A model generated the notes under the pieces. That model did no database searches and was not told where the DNA came from. It worked only from the letters and a program-made list of their open reading frames with translations. From assembly GCF_006345805.1 (NCBI RefSeq), contig NC_043024.1, positions 9,982,001-10,045,970 of the forward strand: a DNA stretch of 63,970 bases. Direction: 5' to 3'. Below, piece by piece: positions 11,609 to 23,472 of the stretch. This stretch comes from Octopus sinensis. Its lineage: Eukaryota. Numbering within the stretch: the first letter of the stretch is position 1; each line of letters begins with the position of its first letter. The translations under genes and the position numbers were made by a program.

Positions 11609-11887
11609 GGAGGCACAATGCCTGGTGGTTAGAGCAGTGGACTCGTGGTTTCAAATCTCAGACTGGGTGATGTGTGTGTTTATGAGCGAAACACCTAAGC
11701 TCCACGCGGCTCCGGCAGAAGGTAATGCCGAACTTCTGCTGACTCTTTCACCACAACTTTCTCTCACTCTTTCCTCCTGCATCTTGCAGCTCACCTGCGA
11801 GGGACTGGCATCCCGTCCAGGTGGGGAACCTATACGCCAAGGAAACTGGCCCTTATGAGCCAGGCATGGCTCGAGAAGGAACAAACA
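11609..11887 (+). mobile_element. tRNA-derived SINE family C (also 2827-3010 minus, 35107-35290, 54358-54590)
   Basis: Head GGAGGCACAATGCCTGGTGGTTAGAGCAG; 3' part GGACTGGCATCCCGTCCAGG...GGCTCGAGAAGGAACAA shared among copies. Confidence 0.8.
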
Positions 11888-11973
11888 GGTGTGTATATGT
11901 ATCTATATATGTATACAATGTGACCGCGTGTGTACCGTTGGCGATTTATTTTTCCTGTCTTCCCTTCTCCCAT

Positions 11974-12008
11974 GTTTCCGATGAAGAGCTCCGCTCGAAA
12001 CGTTAAAC
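11974..12008 (+). ncRNA. Penelope-type minimal hammerhead-like motif with a variant core
   Basis: gttt-CCGATGA-A-GAGC(tcc)GCTC-GAAA-CGT-T-aaac: 4-bp stem I, 4-bp stem II, palindromic ACGT stem III. U4 of the core is C. Confidence 0.45.
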
Positions 12009-12939
12009 CCTCCTTCTTCCCTTCCTTCCTGAGTATCCAATAATACTATATTTGTTCAATGTCCTCGTGTTGTTGTGTTTTCTTGTTTGGATTAACTATA
12101 TATATGTATCTGTTTACTGTTAAAACTGACCAGATCCAACCTCTCACACTTGCCTTACAATGTCATTCTAAAACCACATCATCAAAATCTCAAAGCCACA
12201 AGATAATGCATGATTAATTCCAAATAATGTGAATAAAAAAGCAATAGATTTGGCTGATAAATCTTAACATCAAAGGTTCAAATCAGACCCCAATCAATTA
12301 CAAATGATAAAAATCACTTTTTTTAAAAAACAAAATCAAAATGTTGTTTAAAGACAGTGACATGTAGATGGAGGTTTCAATCTCTGCCAGGAGCTACAAA
12401 GAGAATTTTTGCTACATAGTTTTATTTTATGTATCTGGAGAGATGGAAAAGAAGAAAAATATCCTTAATAAGGTCCTGGGCACTTTTGAACTCTGCAACA
12501 GGATGTTTCTATACATTTTTGCAAACCAAGGACGTTAAATAGACCTCCTTGACTCAAGTTAGAGAAGGGGTGCGTATTATACTCAAGGTTTAGGTTTTTC
12601 AGAGGTACAGCCCCCTAAAAATCCCCTGCATATTATACTCAAGGATTTACGGTAGATAGGATCAATAAACAATCATTAATATAGCTTCAGATACTTCCCT
12701 TTTTTATGTAAATAGTGTCACTGACTTTGTGGTACAGTGAAAAAGAAGGTTTGTACGAAGGTAAAGGTTGAAGGTTCAATTTCTCTTGGATATTACTACG
12801 TAATTTTAGTTTTTGTTTTATTCATCTCTAAAGGAGGTGAAGGGGCAAACATTTTAAGCCAGACCCCAGGAAAAGATTGAACTCTTGTTCTGGATATTCT
12901 ATGCTCATCTCTCTACATGTCTTTATAAACAAGACTATA

Positions 12940-14147
12940 AAAGTTTAGCTGAAAAAAAATGAGATATGGCGAACCATTCCACAAAAGTTTAGCTGAAAAG
13001 AAAATGAGATATGGCGAACCATTCTACAAAAGTTTAGCTGAAAAAAAAATGAGATAGGGCGAACCATTCTACAAAAATTTAACTGGAAAGAAAATGAGAT
13101 ATGGTGAACCATTCTACAAAAGTTTAGCTGAAAAAAAAAAAAAGAAATGGTGAACCATTCTACGAAAATTTAGCTGAAAAAAAATGAGATAGGGCGAACC
13201 ATTCTACAAAAGTTTAGCTGAAAAGAAAATGAGATATGGCGAACCATTCTACAAAAGTTTAGCTGGAAAAAAAATGAGATATGGCGAACCATTCTACAAA
13301 AATTTAACTGGAAAGAAAATGAGATATGGTGAACCATTCTACAAAAGTTTAGCTGAAAAAAAATGAGATAGGGCGAACCATTCTACAAAAATTTAGCTGA
13401 AAAAAAATTAGATAGGGCGAACCATTCTACAAAAGTTTAGCTGAAAAAAAAATGAGATTTGGCGAACCATTCTACAAAAATTTAGCTGAAAAAAAATTAG
13501 ATAGGGCGAACCATTCTACAAAAGTTTAGCTGAAAAAAAAATGAGATATGGCGAACCATTCTACAAAAATTTAACTGGAAAGAAAATGAGATATGGTGAA
13601 CCATTCTACAAAAGTTTAGCTGAAAAAAAAAAAAGAAATGGTGAACCATTCTACGAAAATTTAGCTGAAAAAAAATGAGATAGGGCGAACCATTCTACAA
13701 AAGTTTAGCTGAAAAGAAAATGAGATATGGCGAACCATTCTACAAAAGTTTAGCTGGAAAAAAAATGAGATATGGCGAACCATTCTACAAAAATTTAACT
13801 GGAAAGAAAATGAGATATGGTGAACCATTCTACAAAAGTTTAGCTGAAAAAAAATGAGATAGGGCGAACCATTCTACAAAAATTTAGCTGAAAAAAAATT
13901 AGATAGGGCGAACCATTCTACAAAAGTTTAGCTGAAAAAAAAATGAGATTTGGCGAACCATTCTACAAAAATTTAGCTGAAAAAAAATTAGATAGGGCGA
14001 ACCATTCTACAAAAGTTTAGCTGAAAAAAAAATGAGATATGGCGAACCATTCTACAAAAATTTAGCTGAAAATAAAATGAGATTTGGCGAACCATTCTAC
14101 AAAAATTTAGCTGAAAATAAAATGAGATTTGGCGAACCATTCTACAG
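12940..14147 (+). repeat. 45-bp satellite array (~27 copies) with an ~493-bp higher-order duplication
   Basis: Unit AAAAGTTTAGCTGAAAAAAAATGAGATATGGCGAACCATTCTAC. Variant monomers recur at 13081/13574 and 13306/13798. Confidence 0.95.
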
Positions 14148-14610
14148 ACTTCATAATAATTGTTCCAAATTTTAGCAGAAACCTGGGTGTCAGCCACAGA
14201 GGAACAATACCAAAGTTCACCTGGATGGGATTTGAACTCAGCATGTCAAGAAATGAAACAGGTTTTCCTGTTGGTTTGGTTATAATTCACATTCATTGCA
14301 AATAGATTTAAATATACCATTTTTCAGGTAATATTTGTTGTTGTTTCAATGGTCTTGTGGGTAAAGATGTATGTGAACAGCAGCCTGGGCTGAGGTTCAA
14401 TCCCACCCAGGGCTTGTAGGCTTAGAAAGTTTTCGAATTTTTTTTGGAGATAAAAATAAAAAAGATGAGTTGTTCTGCTAGAGATTGAAACCTGTATCAC
14501 TTTTGTCACTGGCTAGTAACACCCTTACCCACAGGGCCAATTAGCTTGCCACAATATTTGGGTTGTAAATTGCATATTTAAATCTATAACATCGATAATT
14601 AATTAAAAAA

Positions 14611-15685
14611 ATGGTTCGCCATTTCTCATTTTTATTTCAGCTAAATTTTTGTAGAATGGTTCGCCATTTCTCATTTTTATTTCAGCTAAATTTTTATAGA
14701 ATGGTTCGCCATATCTCATTTTTTTTTCAGCTAAATTTTTGTAGAATGGTTCGCCATTTCTCATTTTCTTTTCAGCTAAATTTTTGTAGAATGGTTCGCC
14801 ATATCTCATTTTTTTTTTCAGCTAAATTTTTATAGAATGGTTCGCCATATCTCAATTTTTTTTCAGCTAAATTTTTGTAGAATGGTTCGCCATATCTCAT
14901 TTTTTTTTCAGCTAAATTTTTGTAGAATGGTTCGCCATATCTCATTTTCTTTTCAGCTAAATTTTTAAAGAATGGTTCGCCATATCTCATTTTCTTTTCA
15001 GCTAAATTTTTGTAGAATGGTTCGCCATATCTCATTTTTTTTTCAGCTAAATTTTTAAAGAATGGTTCGCCATATCTCATTTTTTTTTCAGCTAAATTTT
15101 TGTAGAATGGTTCGCCATTTCTCATTTTCTTTTCAGCTAAATTTTTAAAGAATGGTTCGCCATTTCTCATTTTCTTTTCAGCTAAATTTTTGTAGAATGG
15201 TTCGCCATATCTCATTTTTATTTCAGCTAAATTTTTGTAGTATGGTTCGCCATATCTCATTTTCTTTTCAGCTAAATTTTTGTAGAATGGTTCGCCATAT
15301 CTCATTTTTATTTCAGCTAAATTTTCGTAGAATGGTTCGCCATATCTCATTTTTTTTTCAGCTAAATTTTTGTAGAATGGTTCGCCATATCTCATTTTTT
15401 TTTCAGCTAAATTTTTATAGAATGGTTCGCCATATCTCATGTTTTTTCCAGCTAAATTTTGTAGAATGGTTCGCCATATCTCATGTTTTTTCCAGCTAAA
15501 TTTTGTAGAATGGTTCGCCATATCTCATTTTTTTTTCAGCTAAATTTTGTAGAATGGTTCGCCATATCTCATTTTTTTTTCAGCTAAATTTTGTAGAATG
15601 GTTCGCCATATCTCATGTTTTTTCCAGCTAAATTTTGTAGAATGGTTCGCCATATCTCATTTTTTTTTCAGCTAAATTTTTGTAG
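14611..15685 (-). repeat. 45-bp satellite array (~24 copies), inverted
   Basis: Reverse complement of the same unit; gives the RYGEPFYKNLAEKKM repeat ORF. Confidence 0.95.
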
Positions 15686-17344
15686 TCTTGTTTATAAAGA
15701 CATGTAGAGAGATGAGCATAGAATATCCAGAACAAGAGTTCAATCCTTTCCAGGGGTCTGGCTTAAAATGTTTGCCCCTTCACCTCCTTTAGAGATGAAT
15801 AAAACAAAAACTAAAATTATGTAATAAGAACATCCAAGAGAAATTGAACCTCCAACCTTTACCTTCGTACAAACCTTCTTTTTCACTGTACCACAAAGTC
15901 AGTGACACTATTTACATAAAAAAGGGAAGTATCTTAAGCTATATTAATGATTACTTATTGATCCTATGTACGGTAAATCCTTGAGTATAATACGCAAGGG
16001 ATTTTTAGGGGGCTGTACCTCTGAAAAACCTCAACCTTGTGTATAATACACACCCCTTCTCTAACTTGTGTCAAGGAGGTCTATATAATATAATGCAAAG
16101 TGTAGCTTTTTTGTGAATTTTGTTTGCATATTACATCGACCCCAGTGTGTAACTGGTACTTAATTTATCGACCCCGAAAGGATGAAAGGCAAAGTCAACC
16201 TCGGTGGAATTTGAACTCAGAACATAGCAGCAAAGAAAATACTGCTAAGCATTTTGCCTGGCGTGCTAACGATTCTGCCAGCTTGCCGCCCTAATGTTTA
16301 TTAAGTACCAGTTGAGCACTGGGGTTGATGTAATCAACTGCCACCCCCCCTCGACCAAAATTTCAGGCCTTGGCACTGTAATAGAATGGATTGTTATTAT
16401 TATTGAGTGTGAGAGCAGTGCATGCCATCAAAGTGACACTGGGGTAAAATATACGAAGCCCAATATACCCATCATGACTACCCGTCTGATAAGGGTACAC
16501 CAGGCACATGCATCACAACTATATGTGCGCGACATGGTGATCTCATATCAAGATAAACAGCTCATGACCTTGCAGGTGGGGCCCAGTTAGAATTTTCTTC
16601 AGGTTGAGTAGCCCATCCCGCTCAAAAGGTCCCTGAATAAAGGTTGTTTAAGGATGTTGAAGAACCACCCATGTTTCCAGAGGTGAATTATTCAAACCCC
16701 AAAGAATCCCTCTCAACACATGGTTATGATGCTCCCCCACTACTTCTGCTTGTGATCAGAGATGCACATATCGTCAGCCACTAAGGGACATGCTCAACTG
16801 GTTAAGGTCAAACAACTGACAAGCAAATCTGTGGTATTGAGCAGAATATTTGCTGTAGCCCATCTTTTAAACCAAGACAAAACAATGTACATGATAACAC
16901 TTCCAATCAGTTGAGATCAGAAGCCATGAGAGCCACTGCCTAGTACTGCAAGGGGTAGTCGAATTGGTAGCACTGTGTCAGGCACTGAAGGTATGGGGCT
17001 AAGATGTTAAGGTATTCGGCTCATGATCATAAGGTCCTGTGTTCAATTCCTGGTGGTGCATTGTGATCTTGAGCAAGAAACTTCATTCCACTTTATTGCT
17101 CCAGTCCACTCAGCTGGTGAAAGTGAGTAGGACCTGTATTTCAATGGGACCAGCTTTCTCACATTCTGTGCCACAACTGAATTTCCCCGAGAACCATATG
17201 AAGGGCACACATGCTTGTAAAGTGCTCAGCCACTTCCATGTTAATTCTAAAAGTAGGTTGTTCTGTCGATCGGATCAAATGGAACCCTCGTCACCATGAC
17301 AACAGGGTGCCAGGCTATTTCAGACAAATGGTCTTGCAGTATCT

Positions 17345-17615
17345 ATTTATTTTTGTGGCCGTTGCCAGCCTTGCCTGGCCCCCGTGCCGGTGGCACGTAA
17401 AAAGCACCATCCAATCGTGGCTGTTTGCCAGCCTCATCTGGCACGTAAAAAGCACCCACTACACTCACGGAGTGGTTGGCGTTAGGAAGGGCATCCAGCT
17501 GTAGAAACACTGCCAGATCAGACTGGGCCCGGTGCAGCCTCCTGGCTTCCCAGACCCCAGTTGAACTGTCCAACCCATGCTAGCATGGAAAACGGACATT
17601 AAACGATGATGATTC
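17345..17615 (+). mobile_element. SINE family D with V-domain-like centre and (GAT)n tail
   Basis: TAGGAAGGGCATCCAGCTGTAGAAAC...CCAACCCATGCTAGCATGGAAAACGGACGTTAAACGATGATG. Other copies at about 27960, 28545, 28832-29207, 30412, 32575, 37540-38300 (tandem fragments), 39770, 45757-46440, 51182, 52345, 54045, 57535 and 61745. Confidence 0.8.
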
Positions 17616-18146
17616 ATTTCAAATCCCTCTGAGGTTAATTTTGCTAAACACATTTTTTAGGGGTGGGGTGGGGTGCAATAAGGTCCCATTACTGAGGGTT
17701 GCTTTAGGAAATTGGTTACGTTCAGTCCTGAAAACCCCATGGGGCCTCACCTTCCGCAATGTACACCTGTGACGGGTCACACATCATAATTGCTCCCTAC
17801 CCGTGAGGTGTTAAAGCCCTCACCTCACACCACTCCAACCCCACCCCATTAGCTAGGAATGACTTTTTAACATTGAGTTCAAATCCTAGTGAGAGGATAA
17901 AAAATGCAACGAAGAGGTGGGGAGGGAGTTCAAGATGTATCCGAGTGATGAACTTTGTTCAATCAATCAATCAATCATATCAATCAAGAAATAAAAACTA
18001 TAAGTCAAATTGTAATTATTTAAATTTTTTTTTATAAAAATTTAATTCAATATGTTTATTTTTTTATAATTTTTTTCTGTTTGTTATATTAAAGAAACGG
18101 TAGAAAAATAGAGTAAAAAAATTAAGGAAAGAAGGAGAAAAAAAAG

Positions 18147-18265
18147 TTACACCTGAATACGTTTGTATGATTCTCTTTTGCGGTGCCGAAAACACATCGT
18201 AGCAATAACTACGATAAGAAGGAAAAAAATGGCAAACACAACGGTGATGAGAGTAGCTGAGGAAA
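18147..18265 (-). CDS. ACP2: Acid phosphatase (ACP2/ACP3-like) terminal exon: TM helix and cytosolic tail
   Basis: ttttgcag| phase 1. Translates (F)SSATLITVVFAIFFLLIVVIATMCFRHRKRESYKRIQV*, with YKRI as a YxxPhi motif. Exact orthology among ACP2/3/4 is not resolved. Confidence 0.88.
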
Positions 18266-18520
18266 CTGCAAAAGATTTTGAAGGGGAAATAAAAAGTGAT
18301 TTTAAGGTTTTTTTTTTTTTGGAATTTTTTTTTTTAAATATCAACAGCAACAAAAACAAAAAAAATATATAAAATTGTAAAAAAAAAATGACAGGTAAAA
18401 AAATAACAGTGAAATAACAGCTAAATAACAATTATTATATTCTCAACTTCCTGAGTGTCACAGAACTGCATGATACAAGTATGAGACATTTCGGCACAGC
18501 TGTCTCGGCACTGCCTTTTT

Positions 18521-19023
18521 GGCATCACTGATTTGATGCTGACCTATTCGACATCACCAATTTGATGCTGACCTATTTGACATCACTGATTTGATGCTGA
18601 CCTATTTGACATCACTGATTTGATGCTGACCTATTTGACATCACCGATTTGATGCTGACCTATTTGACATCACCGATTTGATGCTGACCTATTTGACATC
18701 AATGATTTGATGCTGACCTATTTGACATCACCGATTTGATGCTGACCTATTTGACATCAATGATTTGATGCTGACCTATTTGACATCACCGATTTGATGC
18801 TGACCTATTTGACATCACTGATTTGATGCTGACCTATTTGACATCACTGATTTGATGCTGACCTATTTGACATCACTGATTTGATGCTGACCTATTTGAC
18901 ATCACCGATTTGATGCTGACCTATTTGACATCACTGATTTGATGCTGACCTATTTGACATCACTGATTTGATGCTGACCTATTTGACATCACCGATTTGA
19001 TGCTGACCTATTTGACATCAGAC
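18521..19023. repeat. 29-bp minisatellite (~17 copies)
   Basis: Unit GACATCACTGATTTGATGCTGACCTATTT. Confidence 0.95.
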
Positions 19024-20811
19024 ATTTTAATGTCACTCTCTCCCTTTCTGTTAATGGTGTGAGTTTATGAGGAGAGGGAAAGTGTTCATGACAATCATGT
19101 TCAACTGATATACCATAAATCCTCGAATATTATCCGCATTTTTCCCCCAAAATTTAAAGGTCAAAATCCCTAGTGCGTACTATATACGAGGTTAAAAATA
19201 AAAATTATTTTCATTACCGTGGCAAACAATAGATACTTAATCAAATACTAGTATTAAATGTTTGAACTACTGTGGGTCTTTACTAGTGTTTTTTTTATAA
19301 ATGGGACTTAAACCTGTACATTAATCTCCAATAAAACATTTTATACATTACATGCCCATAAAATGCCTCGTAGATCTTGAGAACGGAGGGGGCATTGGAG
19401 AAAATGATCTTGTGTCATGTGAGGAAAGTTTCGAGTGTGACAGAGAGACAGAAACAGGTGTTTTGCTGTAGAGGAGGCACATGGTCACCTGGTCATTAAT
19501 CAAGCATTATCATGTAGCTTCAAAATTTCGACAAGGCATATGTTTATTTTTACCATGGCATTGTAGGGTAGGTGCAAGAGGTTGGATCTGGCCAGTTTGA
19601 ACATAAAAAGAATAGAATATTTGAGCCAGGTATAACCAGTTTAAATATATATGTTTATATGTGTGGATGTATATGAATCTATATATGTATACATGTATAT
19701 ATATATGTATCTGTTTACTGTTAAAACTGGCCAGATCCAGCCTCTCACACTTGCCCTACAATGTCATTCTAAAACCACATCATCAAAATCTCAAAGCCAC
19801 AAGATAATGCATGATTAATTCCAAATAATGTGAATAAATAAGCAATAGATTTGGCTGACAAATCTTAACGTTAAAGGTTCAAATCAGACCCCAATCAATT
19901 ACAAATGATAAAAATTTCATTACAGGACTGCACTTTTGACGGAAATTTTTCCAACAGGGCATTGAGAATGAAATCAGTTTAACAGTTATTTCAATAACAG
20001 TTTAAATAACACTGAAATAACTGCTAAATAACAGTTAAGTAATAACTAAACAACATAGTAATAACTGTCAACGGCAGTTTATAGCAACAAAACAAACAGT
20101 AAAATAACAAAGAAAATGTTTAAAAAATATCAGAAATAATATTTAAATAGCAAAAAATAATTACAATTGGTCTTAATCATTTTTGAGATCTTGTGAAAAG
20201 TTTTGTAATTAATGTGAATGTATATATGTGTATGTGTGTGTCAGTGTGTCCATGTGTATACACACACACACACACACATATATAGAAAACAATAGTTTCT
20301 CATCAGGGAGATGAATGATGGAAAACAAAGGCTGACAACATCTGCAGAGTGACACACGGGCAAGAAAGGAGAGCGCTGGTCCTGGGGGGAAGAAGGATTG
20401 GTTTTTAAACATTGTCATGTTAAAAGCCTATCAAAAGCAATATTTATTTCCAAGATCTCACCTCAAAGTAATGATGGTAGTAACCAAAAAAAAAACATAC
20501 ACACACCCACCCACAGTTCTATTTCACTCTATTATTATTACTATTATTATTATTATCATTATTATTATTATTAAGGCAGTGTGCTGGCAGAATTGTTAGC
20601 GCAGAGGGCAAAATGCTTAGCAGCACTTTGTCCCGTCTTTACGGTCTGAGTTCAAATCCTGCTGAGGTTGACTTTGCCTTTCATCCTTTCGGGGGTTGAT
20701 GAAATAAGCACCTGTTGAAAACTAGGGGGTCAATGTAATTGATTAACCCCACCCCCACCCCACCCCCAAAATTCGAAGACTTGTGCCTTTAGTAGAATGA
20801 GTTATTTATTA

Positions 20812-20842
<31 letters not shown>

Positions 20843-21467
20843 CATCATTATCATTATTAAGGTGGTGAGCTGGTAGAATCGTTAGCACACACCTGACAAG
20901 CTTCTTTCTGTTTCCACCAAATCCACTCACAAGGCATCGGTCAACTCAGAGCTATAATAGAAAACGCTTGACCAAACGTTTACGCAGCAGGACTGAACCC
21001 AGAACCCAGTGATTGGGAAGAGAACTTCTTAGCACACAGCCACACACACACACACACACAACCCCTGTTGTGCTAAATTGGTAAGTCTTGGAATAGAAAA
21101 GGGAGCAGGGTTTAGACAAAAATAGCTTTATATTTTCTCTCTGCAAATCTGTGGCCCTGAGGCAAAGTTAGTGAGTAAATGGTCATTTAAATAACACCAA
21201 AGCTTTTGAAAGAGCAAAACTGCTTGCTACAAAAATATTAGCCAAGTGAAAGCCATATCATAAGAAAAAGCCCCCACAAAAATTAGGCAAATGAAGAAAA
21301 TTTGAAGAACACACACACACACATTCCAATATTTTAGGGTTAGTAGGAATAGTCACAGCTTCAAAGAAGCTATAAAATACAAAAATTAAGAACCCAGAAA
21401 ATTATTTGTAATCAGAGTTTCCAGTTTTTGGTCCCGTTAATTTACAATACTTGTTTATATAGAACTA

Positions 21468-22130
21468 GCACTATGACCCGGCAACGTTGGGTCATAGTGC
21501 TAGTGCATGCATATACAGCTGCGTGTGTGCATGCACATACACCCGAGTACTGTCCAAATCCCCGACCAATCACATACAGCTAGCTGGCATTCAATTGGCG
21601 TATCAAGTTTCGGGCATTTCGATTGGGTTTTGGATAAAAAATTCACAAAAATGTCACTTCTACTGATTTTTTAATGGCTTTGCAGGGTGACTGGGGAAAT
21701 GTAAAGATGTGCACGACCACCCTTGGACGGTTTTGAATGACCATAGAAAGTGCGAGCCCTCTAACTGAAAAATTGTGGATTTGTATAAAGGACACACACA
21801 CAGACATTTTGCTGTTTATGTATATATTTAATGGCTTTGCGGGGTGATTGGGGGAAATATAACGATGTACACGACCACCCTTGGACGGTTTTTGAATGAC
21901 CATAGAAAGTGCAAGCCCTCTAACTCAAAAATTGTGGATTTGTATAAAGGACACACACACAGACATTTTGCCGTTTATATATAGAGAGATTTGCGGGGTG
22001 ACTAAAGAAGTGCACAACCACCCTTTGATGGTTTTGAATGACCATAGAAAGTGTGAGCCCTCTAACTGAAAAATTGTGGATTTGTATAAAGGACACACAC
22101 ACAGAGACATTTTGCCATTTATATATAGAG
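21468..22130 (-). mobile_element. Non-autonomous Helitron-like element with internal repeats; related copies at 36378-37138 (+) and 44198-44716 (+)
   Basis: 5' TCTCTATATATAAA..GTCTGTGTG start; 3' hairpin TAGCACTATGACCC..GGGTCATAGTGCTA ending CTAGT; no TIR or TSD. Confidence 0.7.
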
Positions 22131-22823
22131 AGATTCTCACTCTTTCATATCACAGATTTTAAAGTCTGACCCTTAAACAACCAGAATACCCTGCAAAATG
22201 TATGTTTATTTAGTCATACCATTCTGAATGAATATATATAAAATCCATGCATTATCTTGCAGCTTTGAGATTTCGACAAAGTGACTATTTTTAGAATGAC
22301 ATTGTAGGGTAGGTGGGAGAGGTCATATCTAGCCAGTTTGAAAATTAAGCTTTCTTTCAGTAACAAACGATGATTGATGTCACATCTCAAAAGACAACCA
22401 CTAGGTAACATTGACAAGTGGATTAATTTGATTCCCCATCCATATTCATATATAAAATACTACAATTAGCCGTCACTTTTGATGGCACGGGGGCCAACTA
22501 GTGCCCAAATAATACTGAATATTCAGTTCACAGCATAGATAGGACATCACCCACCCCTCTCTTTGATTTCACAACTCAAAATTAGTCCTTTTGCATATTA
22601 CATATGAGTGTATAACACAAATGAAAAAATATAGTATATTATCAATATACATGAAAATATAATTGTTTATTGATCTTTTATAGCTCATTTAAGGGTAAGG
22701 TGCATTTTGGGGGCAAAAAACCCCTCCAAAATAATTATATTTCCTTTTCAACATTAGACATGGAGTTAGAGGTAAGGCATCCGTTTAATACAAAAAATTA
22801 AATTTTCTTACACACACAAATAT

Positions 22824-23225
22824 ATCTTTATATATAAAGCTTAAGTTGTGTGTGTGTGTGTGGCAGGTTTGGTAGCCTTCAACTAACACTATCTCCTCCG
22901 AGACCCTGTGGCGCAAGTTGACCAAAATTATGAGAGTATGATAGAAGAAGGCTTGCTCTTCATTCCGCAGAAAAAAAATTCAAATCGGACCATGTTAGGA
23001 CCAAAACTTATTTGCATCAAAAAGGTGCTTTTTTTTCTATGAAAATCCCTATTTTTTTTAACGATTTTTTGACTGCTGTGTTGCCATTTTTCAGTGTATT
23101 TCAACCAGAAAAATGTTCACTTAAAGAGAATAACAAGCTACATAATGCAAATTTTTTACTTTTCAAAAATTCCAATTCTAAAGGGTCGAAACAAACCCGA
23201 GCAATGCCGGGCGATACTACTAGTA
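22824..23225 (+). mobile_element. Non-autonomous Helitron-like element; relative at 56945-57332
   Basis: Starts ATCTTTATATATAAA and ends with the CCCGAGCAATGCCGGG hairpin followed by CTAGT. Confidence 0.7.
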
Positions 23226-23428
23226 TATATATATATATATATTTCGACAATATTAAGGAATGGCCCTGATAGGCCATTCGACTCACTAGAAAGACCAGCC
23301 AAACTCAGGGCCATTCCTTAATATTGTTGAAATTATATATATATAGTCTGTGACTATTTTCTCTTTCTCACTGGACCGCTGGTGGCGGAAAAAATTTCTA
23401 TTGAATTTTTTTGCTACCCTTATATTGA

Positions 23429-23472
<44 letters not shown>

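Larger units (their letters stand above)
12540..16083. repeat. 3.5-kb foldback: 400-bp unique arm + 45-bp array + 460-bp spacer + inverted array + inverted arm
   Basis: 12541-12940 is the reverse complement of 15685-16082 with scattered substitutions. The arrays point in opposite directions. Confidence 0.93.

Noticed and set aside
14772-15521. 249-aa ORF of 15-aa repeats
   Set aside because: Translation of the 45-bp satellite; A-tract length changes break the frame elsewhere in the arrays.
18521-19023. CRISPR-like appearance of the 29-bp repeat
   Set aside because: Units are contiguous with no unique spacers; eukaryotic context with no cas genes.
20290-20400. Strong acceptor (ttcttccccccag|GA at 20382) that would create T|GA stop and a secreted ACP
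   Set aside because: Any AG followed by GA, AA or AG would do this; no other support without RNA data.
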